In this document: piece after piece, positions 8,180 to 18,459 of the stretch
Layout: the number at the start of each line of letters is the position of its first letter
Position numbering within the stretch: position 1 is the first letter of the stretch
Source of the DNA: Rhodospirillaceae bacterium
GTDB lineage: Bacteria; Pseudomonadota; Gammaproteobacteria; Steroidobacterales; Rariloculaceae
Direction: 5' to 3'
DNA length: 64,000 nt
Assembly (NCBI GenBank): GCA_024640695.1
Contig: JAHEEM010000001.1
Coordinates: 11,725-75,724 of the forward strand
Program-made: the position numbers and the translations under genes
The notes under the pieces: model-generated
Seen by the model: the letters and a program-made list of their open reading frames with translations, nothing else
The model's database searches: none
What the model was told of the DNA's origin: nothing

Positions 8180-9829
8180 CTAGCGGCGCGCCAACATGAG
8201 CGCTGCGCAGGCCGTAGCGAAACCAGCACCGACCGCGACCCAGCCCGCCACCGGCGGCATTGGAGCCACGGCAAGCCATACAGCGCCGGCGCCTAGCAGC
8301 AGCCCGGCAACCGGCGCAAGTAGCCAGACCGTTGGACCACGGTCCGCTGCAGGCTGCACCGTTCGCGGCACCGGCGCGTCGACAACGCCGTGCACGACGC
8401 GATGCAGCACTTCCGGTAGCAGCGCCAGGTCGTCGCTGAGCTGCGGCCACTGCACCATCAGGCGCTTGAGCTGCCCGCGCAAGCTCATACGCCGCTGCAT
8501 CCACTGCTCGAGTATCGGCTGAGCCGTCTGCCAAAGATCGAGGTCCGGGTACAGCTGCCGCCCGAGACCCTCTATCGCGAGCAGCGTTTTCTGCAGTAGG
8601 ACGAGCTGCGGCTGCACTTCCATATCGAAACGTCTGGCGGTTTCGAACAGACGCAGGAGCACGAGTCCGAAGGAAATCTCCTTGAGGGGCTTGTTGAAGA
8701 TCGGCTCGCACACGGCGCGCACAGCAGTTTCAAGCTCCGTTACGCGCGTGCCTGCGGGCACCCAACCCGAATCGACGTGCAGTTGCGCGACGCGACGATA
8801 GTCGCGCTGAAAGAAAGCCAAAAAATTCTGCGCCAAATAGAGCTGGTCGCGCTCGGTAAGGCTGCCGACGATCCCGAAATCCACGGCGACGTAGCGGGGA
8901 AACTCCGGGTCCCGCACATCCACGAAGATGTTGCCCGGATGCATGTCGGCATGAAAAAAATTGTGCCGGAACACCTGCGTGAAGAATATCTCAACCCCGT
9001 TGTGCGCGAGCCTCTTGATATTGGTGCCGCGTGCCTTGAGCTCCGCGATGTTGCTGATCGGCACGCCCGAGATGCGCTCCATTGTCAGCACGCCGCTTCG
9101 GCAATAGTCCCAGTGGATGTCAGGCACGTAGAGCTTTTCGGAATCGGCGAAATTACGCCTTAGCTGGCTCGCGTTCGCGGCCTCGCGCATGAGGTCGAGC
9201 TCATCGTGGAGCGTTTTCTCGAACTCGGCGACAACTTCGACGGGCCGCAGGCGACGGCCGTCGGCGGAGTATCGCTCTGCGAGCTTCGCGACTGCGTAGA
9301 GCAACTCCACGTCTTGCGTAACCTTGGCGCGCACGCCGGGTCGCAAGATCTTCACGACGACGTCCTCGCCGGTGTCCAGGCGCGCGGCGTGCACTTGGGC
9401 GATGGATGCGGCCGCAAGCGGCTCGCGCTCGAACAGCGCATAAATACCGTCGACCGGACGCCCGAAAGCGCGCTCCACGGCGGCGATCGCTTGCTCGCCG
9501 GGGAACGGCGGCACCTGGTCCTGAAGCTTCGAGAGTTCCTCGGCGATCGCCGGCGGCAGCAAGTCGCGGCGGGTCGAGACGGCCTGGCCAAACTTCACGA
9601 AGATCGGTCCGAGGTCCTCTAAACAACGCCGAATTCTGAGGCCCAGCGCGTCCTGGCGCTGGCGACGTGGGCTCAGGCGCCGCAGCCAGCCGATCGGCCG
9701 GAACAGATGGGTCGCCCAGACGAAGTCGTCCAGGCCGTGCCGCATAAGCGTGCGCTGAATGACGAGCAGGCGCAGTCCCAGCCTGATTCTGCGCATGAGC
9801 TTTCCTCGGGGTCGCCCGACGGATCTCAC
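8180..9829 (-). CDS. ubiB: ubiquinone biosynthesis regulatory kinase-like protein UbiB (ABC1 family)
   Basis: It has ABC1 kinase-like motifs (GPIFVKFGQ, AAASIAQVH, HADMHPGNIF) and C-terminal TM helices. It lies downstream of ubiE-ubiJ as in E. coli. Confidence 0.92.
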   Translation of the reverse strand: MRSVGRPRGKLMRRIRLGLRLLVIQRTLMRHGLDDFVWATHLFRPIGWLRRLSPRRQRQDALGLRIRRCLEDLGPIFVKFGQAVSTRRDLLPPAIAEELSKLQDQVPPFPGEQAIAAVERAFGRPVDGIYALFEREPLAAASIAQVHAARLDTGEDVVVKILRPGVRAKVTQDVELLYAVAKLAERYSADGRRLRPVEVVAEFEKTLHDELDLMREAANASQLRRNFADSEKLYVPDIHWDYCRSGVLTMERISGVPISNIAELKARGTNIKRLAHNGVEIFFTQVFRHNFFHADMHPGNIFVDVRDPEFPRYVAVDFGIVGSLTERDQLYLAQNFLAFFQRDYRRVAQLHVDSGWVPAGTRVTELETAVRAVCEPIFNKPLKEISFGLVLLRLFETARRFDMEVQPQLVLLQKTLLAIEGLGRQLYPDLDLWQTAQPILEQWMQRRMSLRGQLKRLMVQWPQLSDDLALLPEVLHRVVHGVVDAPVPRTVQPAADRGPTVWLLAPVAGLLLGAGAVWLAVAPMPPVAGWVAVGAGFATACAALMLARR

Positions 9830-10449
9830 CCGGCTTGCTCGCCCATCGAGCGCTGCCGAGCGGCAAGGCGCTCGCCTCGAGCGAGTGCTCGATCGACGTC
9901 GTCGCGCAAGGTTTCGATATCCCGAAAGAAACCTTCAGCCTCGTGTCGGGCCGGAAGATCGCGGCTCTCCTCCTGAAGGTACTCGGCCATGTTCATCGCC
10001 AGTGCGTCTAGCGCACGGCCGGTCCAAGCCGCAACCGAGCCCGCAACACGAAACGCCTCGTGGGCAATCACGTCACCGGTAAGGCGCGACAACTCGTCCT
10101 CGAGATCGGGCTTGACCAGATCGATCAACTGCACGAAGTCCTCGAGGATCTGCGCGTCGCCCGTGAAGCTTGCGCCGCCGTCAGCCAACAGGCCAGCCTT
10201 ACCGAGACGCCAAGCGTTGAGCAGTGTGATCGGGGTACCGCTCAAAACTGCATCGGCAGTGGCAACAGGCTCTCGCTCCAGCCGCAACCGACCGCCGGCT
10301 GCGGACAGCGCAAGCTCAATATCGAGGCCGACGAGGCGCAGGCCAAGGCTCTTCCCTTCCAAACTCTCTGCACGGTCGCGCGCTGCGCTCGACTCGTCTA
10401 ACAGCGCGTTGAGTAACCGCTCGATAGAGCCCAGAGCGCTATTGACCAC
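9826..10449 (-). CDS. ubiJ: ubiquinone biosynthesis accessory factor UbiJ (SCP2 domain)
   Basis: Its position between ubiE and ubiB (4-nt and 1-nt overlaps), size and SCP2-like N-terminal region support the call. Confidence 0.72.
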   Translation of the reverse strand: MVNSALGSIERLLNALLDESSAARDRAESLEGKSLGLRLVGLDIELALSAAGGRLRLEREPVATADAVLSGTPITLLNAWRLGKAGLLADGGASFTGDAQILEDFVQLIDLVKPDLEDELSRLTGDVIAHEAFRVAGSVAAWTGRALDALAMNMAEYLQEESRDLPARHEAEGFFRDIETLRDDVDRALARGERLAARQRSMGEQAG

Positions 10450-11222
10450 TACAATCGGTAACCGATGTGCAGCGCGACGACGCCGCCGGAGAGGTTGTGA
10501 TAACGGCAGCGCTCGAAACCTTGCGCCTCCATGAGCGCCCTGAGCGAGACCTGGTCGGGATGGCGGCGTATCGACTCGGCGAGATATTTATAGCTCGCGG
10601 CATCGTCAAGCACGAGGCGCCCTAATCGCGGCAGCACCTGAAAACTATAGAAATCGTATAGCGGCTCCAGAGATTCGAAACTCAGCTTCGAGAACTCCAA
10701 TATGAGCACGCGGCCTCCGGGCCTCAGCACGCGGTACATCGAGCGCAGCGCAGCGGCTTTATCGGTGACGTTCCTGAGACCGAAACCGATCGTGACGCAA
10801 TCGAACTGCCGCGACCGCAACGGCAGCTGCTCGGCATCCGCCAGCACGCAATGGACGTTGCCGGCATAGCCGGCATCGAGCAGTCGGTCTCTACCGCGCT
10901 CGAGCATGCGCTCGTTGATATCCGTCGAGAGCACGCAGCCGTCCTGCCCGACCTGCCTGGCAAGCCCCAGGCTGAGATCGCCGCTGCCCGCGGCCAGGTC
11001 CAGGGCCGTACCACCCGGGCGGAGTCCAGTGTGCATCAGCGCGAACCGCTTCCAGACACGGTGCAGCCCAAGTGACATGAGATCGTTCATGAGGTCGTAG
11101 CGATCCGCTACGGAATCGAAGACCTCGCGGACGCGCTGCTTCTTCTCTTGACGCGGCACCGATTCGAAACCGAAGTCGGCGTATGCATGCTCGGAGCCCG
11201 GCCCCCGACTATGCGTCATCAT
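10449..11222 (-). CDS. ubiE: demethylmenaquinone/ubiquinone C-methyltransferase UbiE
   Basis: This uses internal Met-Met of track ORF 10449..11402. Motifs FDSVADRYDLMNDLMSLGLHRVWKR and the SAM site LDLAAGSGD are present. The start overlaps the upstream DUF971 gene. Confidence 0.9.
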   Translation of the reverse strand: MMTHSRGPGSEHAYADFGFESVPRQEKKQRVREVFDSVADRYDLMNDLMSLGLHRVWKRFALMHTGLRPGGTALDLAAGSGDLSLGLARQVGQDGCVLSTDINERMLERGRDRLLDAGYAGNVHCVLADAEQLPLRSRQFDCVTIGFGLRNVTDKAAALRSMYRVLRPGGRVLILEFSKLSFESLEPLYDFYSFQVLPRLGRLVLDDAASYKYLAESIRRHPDQVSLRALMEAQGFERCRYHNLSGGVVALHIGYRL

Positions 11223-11613
11223 CGCTCCTCGCGGCAGGCCGCGGTTGGCCGGCGAGCGCGAGCCGCTCGAGGTAGCGATGCCATTTCGTGTCATAGCCCG
11301 CACCAAGCTCGTAGAGAACCTTCCAGGTAAAAAGCCCGGTGTCGTGGCCATCGTCAAAAACCAGCTTGACCGCGTAACGGCCGACCGGCTCGATACGCTC
11401 AATGGCGACCTGCTCCTTACCCGTAACGAGCAGGCCCTCGCCCGCTGAATGGCCGGTTACTTCAGCGGAAGGGGAATGCACGCGCAGATACTCTGCCGGC
11501 AACGTAAACACGATGCCGTCCGCAAATATGACCTCTAGGCTGCGCGAAGCTCTCTTGAGCTTGAGCTCAGTCGGAATCGGTATTGATTGCCTATCCGCCA
11601 TCGACTGTGTCAA
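11209..11613 (-). CDS. DUF971 (gamma-butyrobetaine hydroxylase N-terminal-like) protein
   Basis: LEVIFADGIVFTLPAEYLRVHSPSAE and YAVKLVFDDGHDTGLF are typical of DUF971. It sits directly 5' of ubiE. Confidence 0.65.
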   Translation of the reverse strand: MTQSMADRQSIPIPTELKLKRASRSLEVIFADGIVFTLPAEYLRVHSPSAEVTGHSAGEGLLVTGKEQVAIERIEPVGRYAVKLVFDDGHDTGLFTWKVLYELGAGYDTKWHRYLERLALAGQPRPAARSDDDA

Positions 11614-11679
11614 CTTGATCAGGTAATAGGAACCCAGTCCGCCAGCAAGCCGTTCTTCTATATGCGCAGGAGGGCTGTG

Positions 11680-12987
11680 TCATAGAATATAACGGCTCAG
11701 GTCCTCGTCGCGAACGAGCGCTGCAAGATGGGCGTCTACATAAGCCGCGTCGATAGACACCGTCTGGCCCGGCCGATCCGCAGCTTCGAAAGAAATAGTC
11801 TCGAGCAGGCGCTCCATAACCGTATGCAGCCGCCGCGCGCCAATGTTCTCGTTTCTCTCGTTCACCTGGAAAGCGACTTCGGCAATGCGCCTTATGCCGC
11901 TAGGCTCGAAGCTCAGCTCAGCCGATTCGGTTAGCAGCAGCGCCGTGTACTGCTCGGTCAGGGAGGCGTCGGGCTCGGTCAGTATCTTGACGAAGTCGTC
12001 GCTGTTGAGCGCGTCGAGCTCGACGCGTATCGGAAATCTGCCTTGCAGCTCCGGTATGAGATCCGAGGGCTTTGCAACTGTAAACGCGCCTGAGGCTATA
12101 AACAGAACGTGGTCGGTGCGCACCATGCCGTAGCGCGTGCTCACGGTGCATCCTTCCACGAGCGGCAGCAGATCCCGCTGCACGCCTTCCCGTGAAACGT
12201 CGGCACCGATCGTGTCTGCGCGCTTGGCAACCTTGTCGATCTCGTCGAGGAACACAATGCCGTTGTCCTCGACCGCGCGCAGTGCGCGCACCTTGATCTC
12301 CTCGTCGTTGATCATTTTCGCAGCTTCCTCGTCGGTGACCAGCCTGAGCGCATCGGTGACCTTGAGCTTGCGGCTCTTCTGCCGGCCACTTGCCATCGAT
12401 TGGAACATACTCTGCAACTGACCCGTCATCTCCTCCATGCCCGGGGGCGCCATGATCTCCACGCCAGTAACCTGCGCCTGCACCGCAATCTCTACCTCAC
12501 GCTGATCGAGCCCGCCCTCGCGGAGCATCTTCCGGAACTTCTGCCGCGTTTCGGCGGAGTCGCCACCATCCTTCGATCCTGGGAGCAGCGCGTCCAGCAG
12601 TCGGTCCTCGGCCGCATCCTGCGCGCGATGCCGGACCTTTTCGAGCTCCTCCTCACGCACCATCTTTATCGCCATGTCGGCGAGGTCCCGCACGATTGAA
12701 TCGACTTCGCGCCCGACGTAACCGACCTCGGTGAACTTAGTGGCCTCGACTTTGATGAACGGCGCTTTCGCGAGCCGCGCTAGGCGCCGCGCAATCTCGG
12801 TCTTGCCGACTCCGGTCGGACCTATCATGAGTATGTTCTTGGGCGTAATCTCCGTTCGCAGCGGCTCGGCCACCTGCGCGCGGCGCCAGCGATTGCGCAA
12901 AGCTATTGCCACAGCACGCTTGGCCTCGATCTGGCCGACGATGTGCTTGTCCAGCTCCTGGACGATTTCCCTCGGGGTCATCGACAT
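11680..12987 (-). CDS. hslU: ATP-dependent protease ATPase subunit HslU
   Basis: [17 protein letters not shown] and Walker [16 protein letters not shown] are present. The alignment is full length by eye. Confidence 0.95.
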   Translation of the reverse strand: MSMTPREIVQELDKHIVGQIEAKRAVAIALRNRWRRAQVAEPLRTEITPKNILMIGPTGVGKTEIARRLARLAKAPFIKVEATKFTEVGYVGREVDSIVRDLADMAIKMVREEELEKVRHRAQDAAEDRLLDALLPGSKDGGDSAETRQKFRKMLREGGLDQREVEIAVQAQVTGVEIMAPPGMEEMTGQLQSMFQSMASGRQKSRKLKVTDALRLVTDEEAAKMINDEEIKVRALRAVEDNGIVFLDEIDKVAKRADTIGADVSREGVQRDLLPLVEGCTVSTRYGMVRTDHVLFIASGAFTVAKPSDLIPELQGRFPIRVELDALNSDDFVKILTEPDASLTEQYTALLLTESAELSFEPSGIRRIAEVAFQVNERNENIGARRLHTVMERLLETISFEAADRPGQTVSIDAAYVDAHLAALVRDEDLSRYIL

Positions 12988-12994
12988 ACGAGAT

Positions 12995-13525
12995 CTACAG
13001 CTCTTCTATGGAGATCTCGTGGTTCGTATAGATGCAGATCTCACCGGCGATCATAAGGGATTTCTCCACGATGGCGCGCGCGTCGAGATCGGTGTTGTCG
13101 AGCAGCGCCGACGCGGCAGCTTGAGCATACCCGCCGCCTGAGCCGATCGCGAGCAACTCCCGGTCCGGCTCTATGACGTCGCCCGTGCCGGAGATCAGCA
13201 GTGAGCGCTCCTTATCGGCGACACATAGCAAAGCTTCTAGCCGCCTCAACATCCGGTCCGTGCGCCAGTCCTTGGCCAGCTCGATTGCCGCGCGCGTGAG
13301 ATTACCGTACTGATCGAGCTTCTTCTCGAAAAATTCGAACAGCGTGAACGCATCCGCCGCGCCACCTGCAAATCCGGCGAGCACCTCGCCGCCATGCAGA
13401 CGCCGCACCTTCCGTGCGTTGTTCTTCATGACCTTATCGCCGAGCGTGACTTGGCCGTCTCCCCCGAGGGCGACCCGCCCGTCGCGGCGTACACACACGA
13501 TCGTTGTTCCGTGGAAGTCACTCAC
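12995..13525 (-). CDS. hslV: ATP-dependent protease subunit HslV
   Basis: It has an N-terminal TTIV after Met processing and a GSGG motif. It is immediately upstream of hslU. Confidence 0.95.
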   Translation of the reverse strand: MSDFHGTTIVCVRRDGRVALGGDGQVTLGDKVMKNNARKVRRLHGGEVLAGFAGGAADAFTLFEFFEKKLDQYGNLTRAAIELAKDWRTDRMLRRLEALLCVADKERSLLISGTGDVIEPDRELLAIGSGGGYAQAAASALLDNTDLDARAIVEKSLMIAGEICIYTNHEISIEEL

Positions 13526-13564
13526 TATATGTTCGTCCGGGTCAGTTGCGGTGCGCTGGCAGAA

Positions 13565-14461
13565 CTACCCAGGGCGGCGCCTGGCGCGGGGATGTGCCTG
13601 ATCGTAAATCTGGGCGAGGTGTTGAAAATCCAGATGCGTGTAAACCTGGGTCGTGGAGATACTCGCGTGGCCGAGCAACTCCTGGACGGCGCGCAGATTG
13701 CGGCTCGACTCGAGCAAGTGCGTCGCAAACGAATGCCTGAGCATATGCGGATGGATGTGGACGCTCGACCCCTGGCGCTTTGCCCAATGCTTGAGGCGGA
13801 GCTGCACGGTTCGAGGCGCGAGGCGCGTGCCGCGCTGCGAGATAAACACGGCTTGCTCGCCCGGACGTGCCATCCTGCCACGGTGCGTGAACCAGAGCTC
13901 AAGGGCTTCGAGCGCGCGCCGGCCCACCGGCACCACGCGCGTCTTGTTGCCCTTACCCGTGACCCGAACACTGCGATCGCGAACGTCGAGATCCACGAGA
14001 TCTAATCCAACGAGTTCCGCGAGCCGCAAGCCGGATGAGTAGAGCAACTCGAGCATTGCGCGATCGCGCGCAGTGAGTCCGTCATCACCCTCCAGCTCAA
14101 GGAGCTTAGCGACCTGATCGGTGTCGAGAGTCGCTGGCAAGCGCCGCGCGGGCTTTGGTGCCTGAACGTGCGTTGCTGGGTTGGAAGCCAGCACCTCGGT
14201 TTGGACCAGGAAACCGAGAAATTGCCGCAACGCCGACAGGCGGCGTGCGAGGCTGCGCGGGCTCGCACCCTTGCGATGGCACTCGGCGGCATAACGGCGA
14301 ATCGCGTAGGAGTCCAGTGACGCCTGTGTAAGCCCCTCGCGCTCGTAGAATGTGATGAAGTTGCGAAGATCGCGCTCGTAGGCCTTGAGCGTATGCGGCG
14401 AGAGCCTGCGCTCATGCTTCAGATGGCGCAGGTAGCTCCTGAGATACGGCTCAAAGCTCAC
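13565..14461 (-). CDS. xerC: tyrosine recombinase XerC
   Basis: The tyrosine recombinase catalytic region is present (HMLRHSFATHLL, GHASISTTQVYTH). It sits in the conserved dapF-DUF484-xerC context. Confidence 0.88.
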   Translation of the reverse strand: MSFEPYLRSYLRHLKHERRLSPHTLKAYERDLRNFITFYEREGLTQASLDSYAIRRYAAECHRKGASPRSLARRLSALRQFLGFLVQTEVLASNPATHVQAPKPARRLPATLDTDQVAKLLELEGDDGLTARDRAMLELLYSSGLRLAELVGLDLVDLDVRDRSVRVTGKGNKTRVVPVGRRALEALELWFTHRGRMARPGEQAVFISQRGTRLAPRTVQLRLKHWAKRQGSSVHIHPHMLRHSFATHLLESSRNLRAVQELLGHASISTTQVYTHLDFQHLAQIYDQAHPRARRRPG

Positions 14462-15197
14462 TTTCTTTGCGGCTTATCTCGCCGGCAGGCCAAAGCTTGC
14501 CCGTCAGCGCAACGGCGACGAGCTCCCCCAGGCGGCCGAGCAGATCCATGCTCTTGCCCGGATGGAAATAATCCCGATCGCTGCTGCCGATTACCAGAAA
14601 CCCGAGCCCAGCCGCGGAACCCAGCGGAACGAGCGCCGCTGAGCCGATTTCCGCCTCGTGGCCAGCAAACAAAAAGCTCTTCTGACGATCCCGGATGAGC
14701 CCACATCGTGGTCTGGCGGTCTTCAGGAAGCTAGCGAACGGCTTGAGCGTTGCGTCATTGCGGTCGACGAACTTCAAGAACCCCTCGTCATGGGCGGGAA
14801 GCTCCGTGGCGCCGTCAAAGAGCACGAGGACCGCGCGTTCAGCAAGAAAGTCCTCGCGCAGCCCGGTCTCGAGCAGGTTGATGCGGTCTGCGAAGCTGTC
14901 GGTCGCGATGAGCCGCAGCGATAGACGATGAATCTTTTCAACGAGGGCATCGTTTGCCTTCGCGACGGTGACGAGCTGTTTGAGCTGTTTTTCGAGCTCG
15001 GCGCTGCGCTGCCGCAGGAGACTGAGCTGGCGTTCTACGAGCGAGATCGCCTCGCCACCTGGCTCGTGGGCAACCTTAAGCTCTAGCAGCAGTCGCCCGT
15101 GGCGATCGAAAAAGTCGAGATGGTCAGCCAGATAGGCTGCGATTTCCTCCTCGCCTGAGACCTCCGCGGAGGCTTGGACACGCCGGTTCTGACTCAT
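14451..15197 (-). CDS. DUF484 (YigA-like, GAF-related) protein
   Basis: Its position between dapF and xerC matches E. coli yigA. It overlaps both neighbours. Confidence 0.7.
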   Translation of the reverse strand: MSQNRRVQASAEVSGEEEIAAYLADHLDFFDRHGRLLLELKVAHEPGGEAISLVERQLSLLRQRSAELEKQLKQLVTVAKANDALVEKIHRLSLRLIATDSFADRINLLETGLREDFLAERAVLVLFDGATELPAHDEGFLKFVDRNDATLKPFASFLKTARPRCGLIRDRQKSFLFAGHEAEIGSAALVPLGSAAGLGFLVIGSSDRDYFHPGKSMDLLGRLGELVAVALTGKLWPAGEISRKESEL

Positions 15198-16018
15198 ATG
15201 CTGATTTGCCCCTCATATACTGTCGTCGTAAGCCCTGCGAGCCACACTGGACTGCCGGGACCTTGCCACCGCACTCCGAGCGTGCCGCCAGGGAGCTCCA
15301 CTCGCACCGATTCGCTCAGTTGACCCCAGTGCCGACCTACCACCGCCGCCGCCGCCGCACCGGTCCCGCAGGCCAGCGTTTCGCCGACACCGCGCTCGAA
15401 CACGCGCAGCCGGATACGTCCTGCCTCGAGCACCTCCATGAACCCCACGTTTACGCCTTTCGGGAAGCAGGGCTCCGTCTGGAAAGCTGCGCCCAGTATA
15501 CCGACCGGCGCCGCATCTACCGAATCCACGCTGATGACAGCGTGCGGATTACCTACGGAGACTGCGCCGAACTCGACTGCATGGCCAGCGACCTGCAGGC
15601 GGTAGCGCAGCGCCTCATTCTGACCCACGAGGAAATCGGCCGTCGGTCTGAAGCTGGGCTCACCGAGACTTACACTGACCTCACCGTCACCGAGTAGCTT
15701 GGCCTCGACGACGCCGCTCGGGCTGCCGAGCTTGAGTTCTGCCCGGCCAGACGCCGCGCCGACATAATTCGCCAGACAGCGAGCGCCGTTACCACACTGC
15801 TCAACCTCCCCGCCGTCGGCATTGTAGATTCGGTATTCACCGTCCAAGCCCGCCACGGGAGGTCCAACGAGCAGCAGGAGCTGATCGAAGCCGACGCCGC
15901 GGCGCCGATCCGCCCAGCATCGGATCTGCGCAGCATCGGGCAGCGCGGCACCCTCCGGCCAATCCACGACCATGAAGTCGTTGCCGGCACCGTGCATCTT
16001 GGTGAAGTTGACCTGCAT
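15194..16018 (-). CDS. dapF: diaminopimelate epimerase
   Basis: This uses the internal Met of track ORF 15194..16081. The product starts MQVNFTKMHGAGNDFMVVD and has both catalytic Cys motifs (CGNGARC, ACGTGA). Confidence 0.9.
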   Translation of the reverse strand: MQVNFTKMHGAGNDFMVVDWPEGAALPDAAQIRCWADRRRGVGFDQLLLLVGPPVAGLDGEYRIYNADGGEVEQCGNGARCLANYVGAASGRAELKLGSPSGVVEAKLLGDGEVSVSLGEPSFRPTADFLVGQNEALRYRLQVAGHAVEFGAVSVGNPHAVISVDSVDAAPVGILGAAFQTEPCFPKGVNVGFMEVLEAGRIRLRVFERGVGETLACGTGAAAAAVVGRHWGQLSESVRVELPGGTLGVRWQGPGSPVWLAGLTTTVYEGQISI

Positions 16019-16200
16019 GTTACTAATGGCGCTCTCTGATCGGTGGTTCGCCTGCGCGCCGCATGCGCGGAGTGTAGACACAATCGCAGCCCATGAGGGA
16101 TTCTAGGATGGGTTCTGGCAATGCACAGCCGCCAAGGTTAACTTGGTCGACCGTCGAGCCGGACCGCAATCGACGTTAGTCTCGCTTTGGACGCATTATA

Positions 16201-17694
16201 GTGGAATCACCCTGGATCAAGCCCGCAGCGAGGTTCGCGGACCTGCGGGAGTTCTTGCAATCGCTCGAGGCCGACGGCGACCTCGCGAAGATAGATAAAC
16301 CGGTCAGCCCGGCGCTGGAGCTCACCGAGATCAGCCGCAGAGTGCTGGCGCGGCGCGGCCCGGCGCTACTCTTTTCAAGAGTCGGCTCCGGTAGTGCCCG
16401 CGTGCTGACCAACCTGTTCGGGACGACCGAGCGGATTGCCGCCGCGCTGGGCATCGACCCCATTGACGGCTTCGGAGAGCTCGGCCGGCTGCTCGCCGCC
16501 CTCAAACAGCCGGAACCACCGAGGGGCCTGGGCGAGGCCTGGCACAAGCTCCCCCTGATTCGCGAGGCTCTGAAGATGGCCCCGCGCGAGTCGCGCTCCG
16601 GCCCCTGTCAAGAGATCGTGCTCGAGGGTGAAGCCGTCGACCTCGGCCAGTGGCCGATTCAGACGTGTTGGCCGGATGATGCCGGACCTCTGATCACGTG
16701 GGGCCTGACGACCACCCGTGGACCTGTCGCAGCTCGGCAGAATCTAGGCATCTACCGCGCACAGGTCATCGGCCGAAACCGCGTAATCATGCGCTGGCTT
16801 GCGCATCGCGGCGGTGCGACGGACTACGCTGCCTGGTGCGCTGCACGCCCCGGCGAGGCATTTCCGATCGCGATCAGCATCGGCGCGGATCCGGCCTGCG
16901 TGCTCGCAGCCGTGACGCCGATTCCGAACACGCTGTCGGAGTACGCGTTCGCCGGGTTACTGCGTGGCGAGCGCACGCGCCTGGCACGCTGCCTCGGCTC
17001 CGAGCTCATGATTCCGGCGACGGCCGAGATCACGCTCGAAGGCCACATCGTGCCGGGCGATACTGCGCTCGAGGGCCCGTTTGCCGACCATACGGGTTAC
17101 TACAACGAGGTCGAGAGGTTTCCGGTCATGACCGTCGAGCGCATCAGTCATCGCGCCGACCCGATCTACCACACGACCTATACCGGTAGGCCGCCCGATG
17201 AGCCCGCGGTGCTCGCGCTCGCGCTCAATGACGTCTTTGTGCCGCTGCTGAAGGCACAATTTCCCGAGATCGAGGATTTCTACCTGCCAAGCGAGGCGTG
17301 CTCCTACCGTATGGCGGTCGTGAGCATTCGCAAAGAATATCCGGGACATGCGCGCCGCATCATGATGGGAATCTGGTCGTTTCTGCGGCAGTTCATGTAC
17401 ACGAAATACATCATCGTCGTGGATGAGGACATCGATGCGCGCCAATGGCCGGACGTCATCTGGGCGCTCAGCACCCGGACAGATCCGGTACGGGACATGC
17501 TGGTCGTCGAGTCGACGCCGATCGACTACCTCGATTTTGCCTCGCCCGTGCCCGGTCTCGGCTCCAAAGTCGGTATCGACGCAACGAACAAATGGCCTGG
17601 CGAAACCCAGCGGGTCTGGGGTCAACCGATCGCAATGACGCAAGAGGTCATCGCGCGAGTCGACGAGATCTGGAAAAGCCTAGGTCTCGACTGA
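16201..17694 (+). CDS. ubiD: 4-hydroxy-3-polyprenylbenzoate decarboxylase UbiD
   Basis: The start is [18 protein letters not shown], the NLGIYR motif and ADHTGYY are present, and the UbiD likeness is full length. Confidence 0.92.
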   Translation: MESPWIKPAARFADLREFLQSLEADGDLAKIDKPVSPALELTEISRRVLARRGPALLFSRVGSGSARVLTNLFGTTERIAAALGIDPIDGFGELGRLLAALKQPEPPRGLGEAWHKLPLIREALKMAPRESRSGPCQEIVLEGEAVDLGQWPIQTCWPDDAGPLITWGLTTTRGPVAARQNLGIYRAQVIGRNRVIMRWLAHRGGATDYAAWCAARPGEAFPIAISIGADPACVLAAVTPIPNTLSEYAFAGLLRGERTRLARCLGSELMIPATAEITLEGHIVPGDTALEGPFADHTGYYNEVERFPVMTVERISHRADPIYHTTYTGRPPDEPAVLALALNDVFVPLLKAQFPEIEDFYLPSEACSYRMAVVSIRKEYPGHARRIMMGIWSFLRQFMYTKYIIVVDEDIDARQWPDVIWALSTRTDPVRDMLVVESTPIDYLDFASPVPGLGSKVGIDATNKWPGETQRVWGQPIAMTQEVIARVDEIWKSLGLD

Positions 17695-17750
17695 CAGAGT
17701 CGCCGGCAGCGATTGGACATTTGTCATAAGGCTGGCTAATTTAGCGGTGT

Positions 17751-17768
17751 TCGCGCCCGCGGGCGCGA
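17751..17768 (+). terminator. GC-rich perfect palindrome downstream of ubiD (possible terminator hairpin)
   Basis: TCGCGCCCGCGGGCGCGA is an 18-nt perfect inverted repeat 57 nt after the ubiD stop. No T-run follows, so the function is uncertain. Confidence 0.35.
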
Positions 17769-17817
17769 GACGGCCTAACCCACCGTCCGGTCGGTCTAAC
17801 AATAACTGAGAGAGCCT

Positions 17818-18459
17818 ATGCGACACATTCTGGTCATGAACGCCAAGGGCGGCTGCGGCAAAAGCACAATAGCCACGAACCTCGCTGCGTATTTCGCCTC
17901 GGAGGGCTTTGAGACGGCGCTTGCCGATTACGACCCGCAGGGGTCAGCGCTGGCCTGGCTAGATGAGCGCTCAGAGGAGTATGAGCACATCACGGGCATC
18001 TCGGGCTTCGACGAGGGCTTGCGGCGAGTCCCGCGGAACACCGAGTACCTGATCATTGACGCGCCAGCCCGGTCGCATGGCAAGGAGCTCGGCGAGCTCG
18101 TCAAGCATGCCGAGACGATCATCGTACCCGTGCTGCCCTCGCCAATCGATATCAAAGCAGCCCATCGCTTCATCGACGAGCTCATGCATCGCAGTAAGAT
18201 CGAAAAGCAACAAGCTAAGGTCGGCGTCGTCGCGAACCGCGTCAAGGAAAATACGCTGATCTTCGAGGAGCTCGACCAGTACCTATCGAGCCTGAAAGTC
18301 CCATATGTGGCTGCGCTGCGCGAGGCCCAGAACTACATTCGGGCATACCAGCGGGGAATCGGTATCCACGAGCTACCCCCATACCTGGCATGGCCCGATT
18401 GGGAGCAGTGGGAGCCGATTATCGAGTGGCTCGACTCGCGTCGGTCGAGGCCGCGCTAG
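17818..18459 (+). CDS. orphan ParA/MinD-family P-loop ATPase
   Basis: It has the deviant Walker A NAKGGCGKST and DYDPQGS. It is about 210 aa, and no parB or parS is evident nearby. Confidence 0.75.
   Translation: MRHILVMNAKGGCGKSTIATNLAAYFASEGFETALADYDPQGSALAWLDERSEEYEHITGISGFDEGLRRVPRNTEYLIIDAPARSHGKELGELVKHAETIIVPVLPSPIDIKAAHRFIDELMHRSKIEKQQAKVGVVANRVKENTLIFEELDQYLSSLKVPYVAALREAQNYIRAYQRGIGIHELPPYLAWPDWEQWEPIIEWLDSRRSRPR

Noticed and set aside
7534-8274. A 246-aa minus-strand ORF opposite the CinA-like gene. Similar large shadow ORFs are 19921..20991 (+), 34514..35503 (+), 38762..39655 (-), 40070..40732 (+), 48047..49276 (-), 51180..51941 (+) and 52122..52808 (+).
   Set aside because: Each overlaps a strongly supported gene on the other strand or frame. 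None has a recognisable domain signature, and all have Arg-rich composition.
13565-14461. A tyrosine recombinase as a possible marker of an integrated mobile element.
   Set aside because: It sits in the conserved chromosomal dapF-DUF484-xerC context and has XerC-type motifs. The flanks are hslVU and dapF, which are not phage or island genes.
16019-16200. A possible small lipoprotein gene (lptM/yifL-like) upstream of dapF, as in E. coli.
   Set aside because: The only reading frame with a Cys after LGG lacks a hydrophobic signal segment and a canonical start. No convincing ORF was found.
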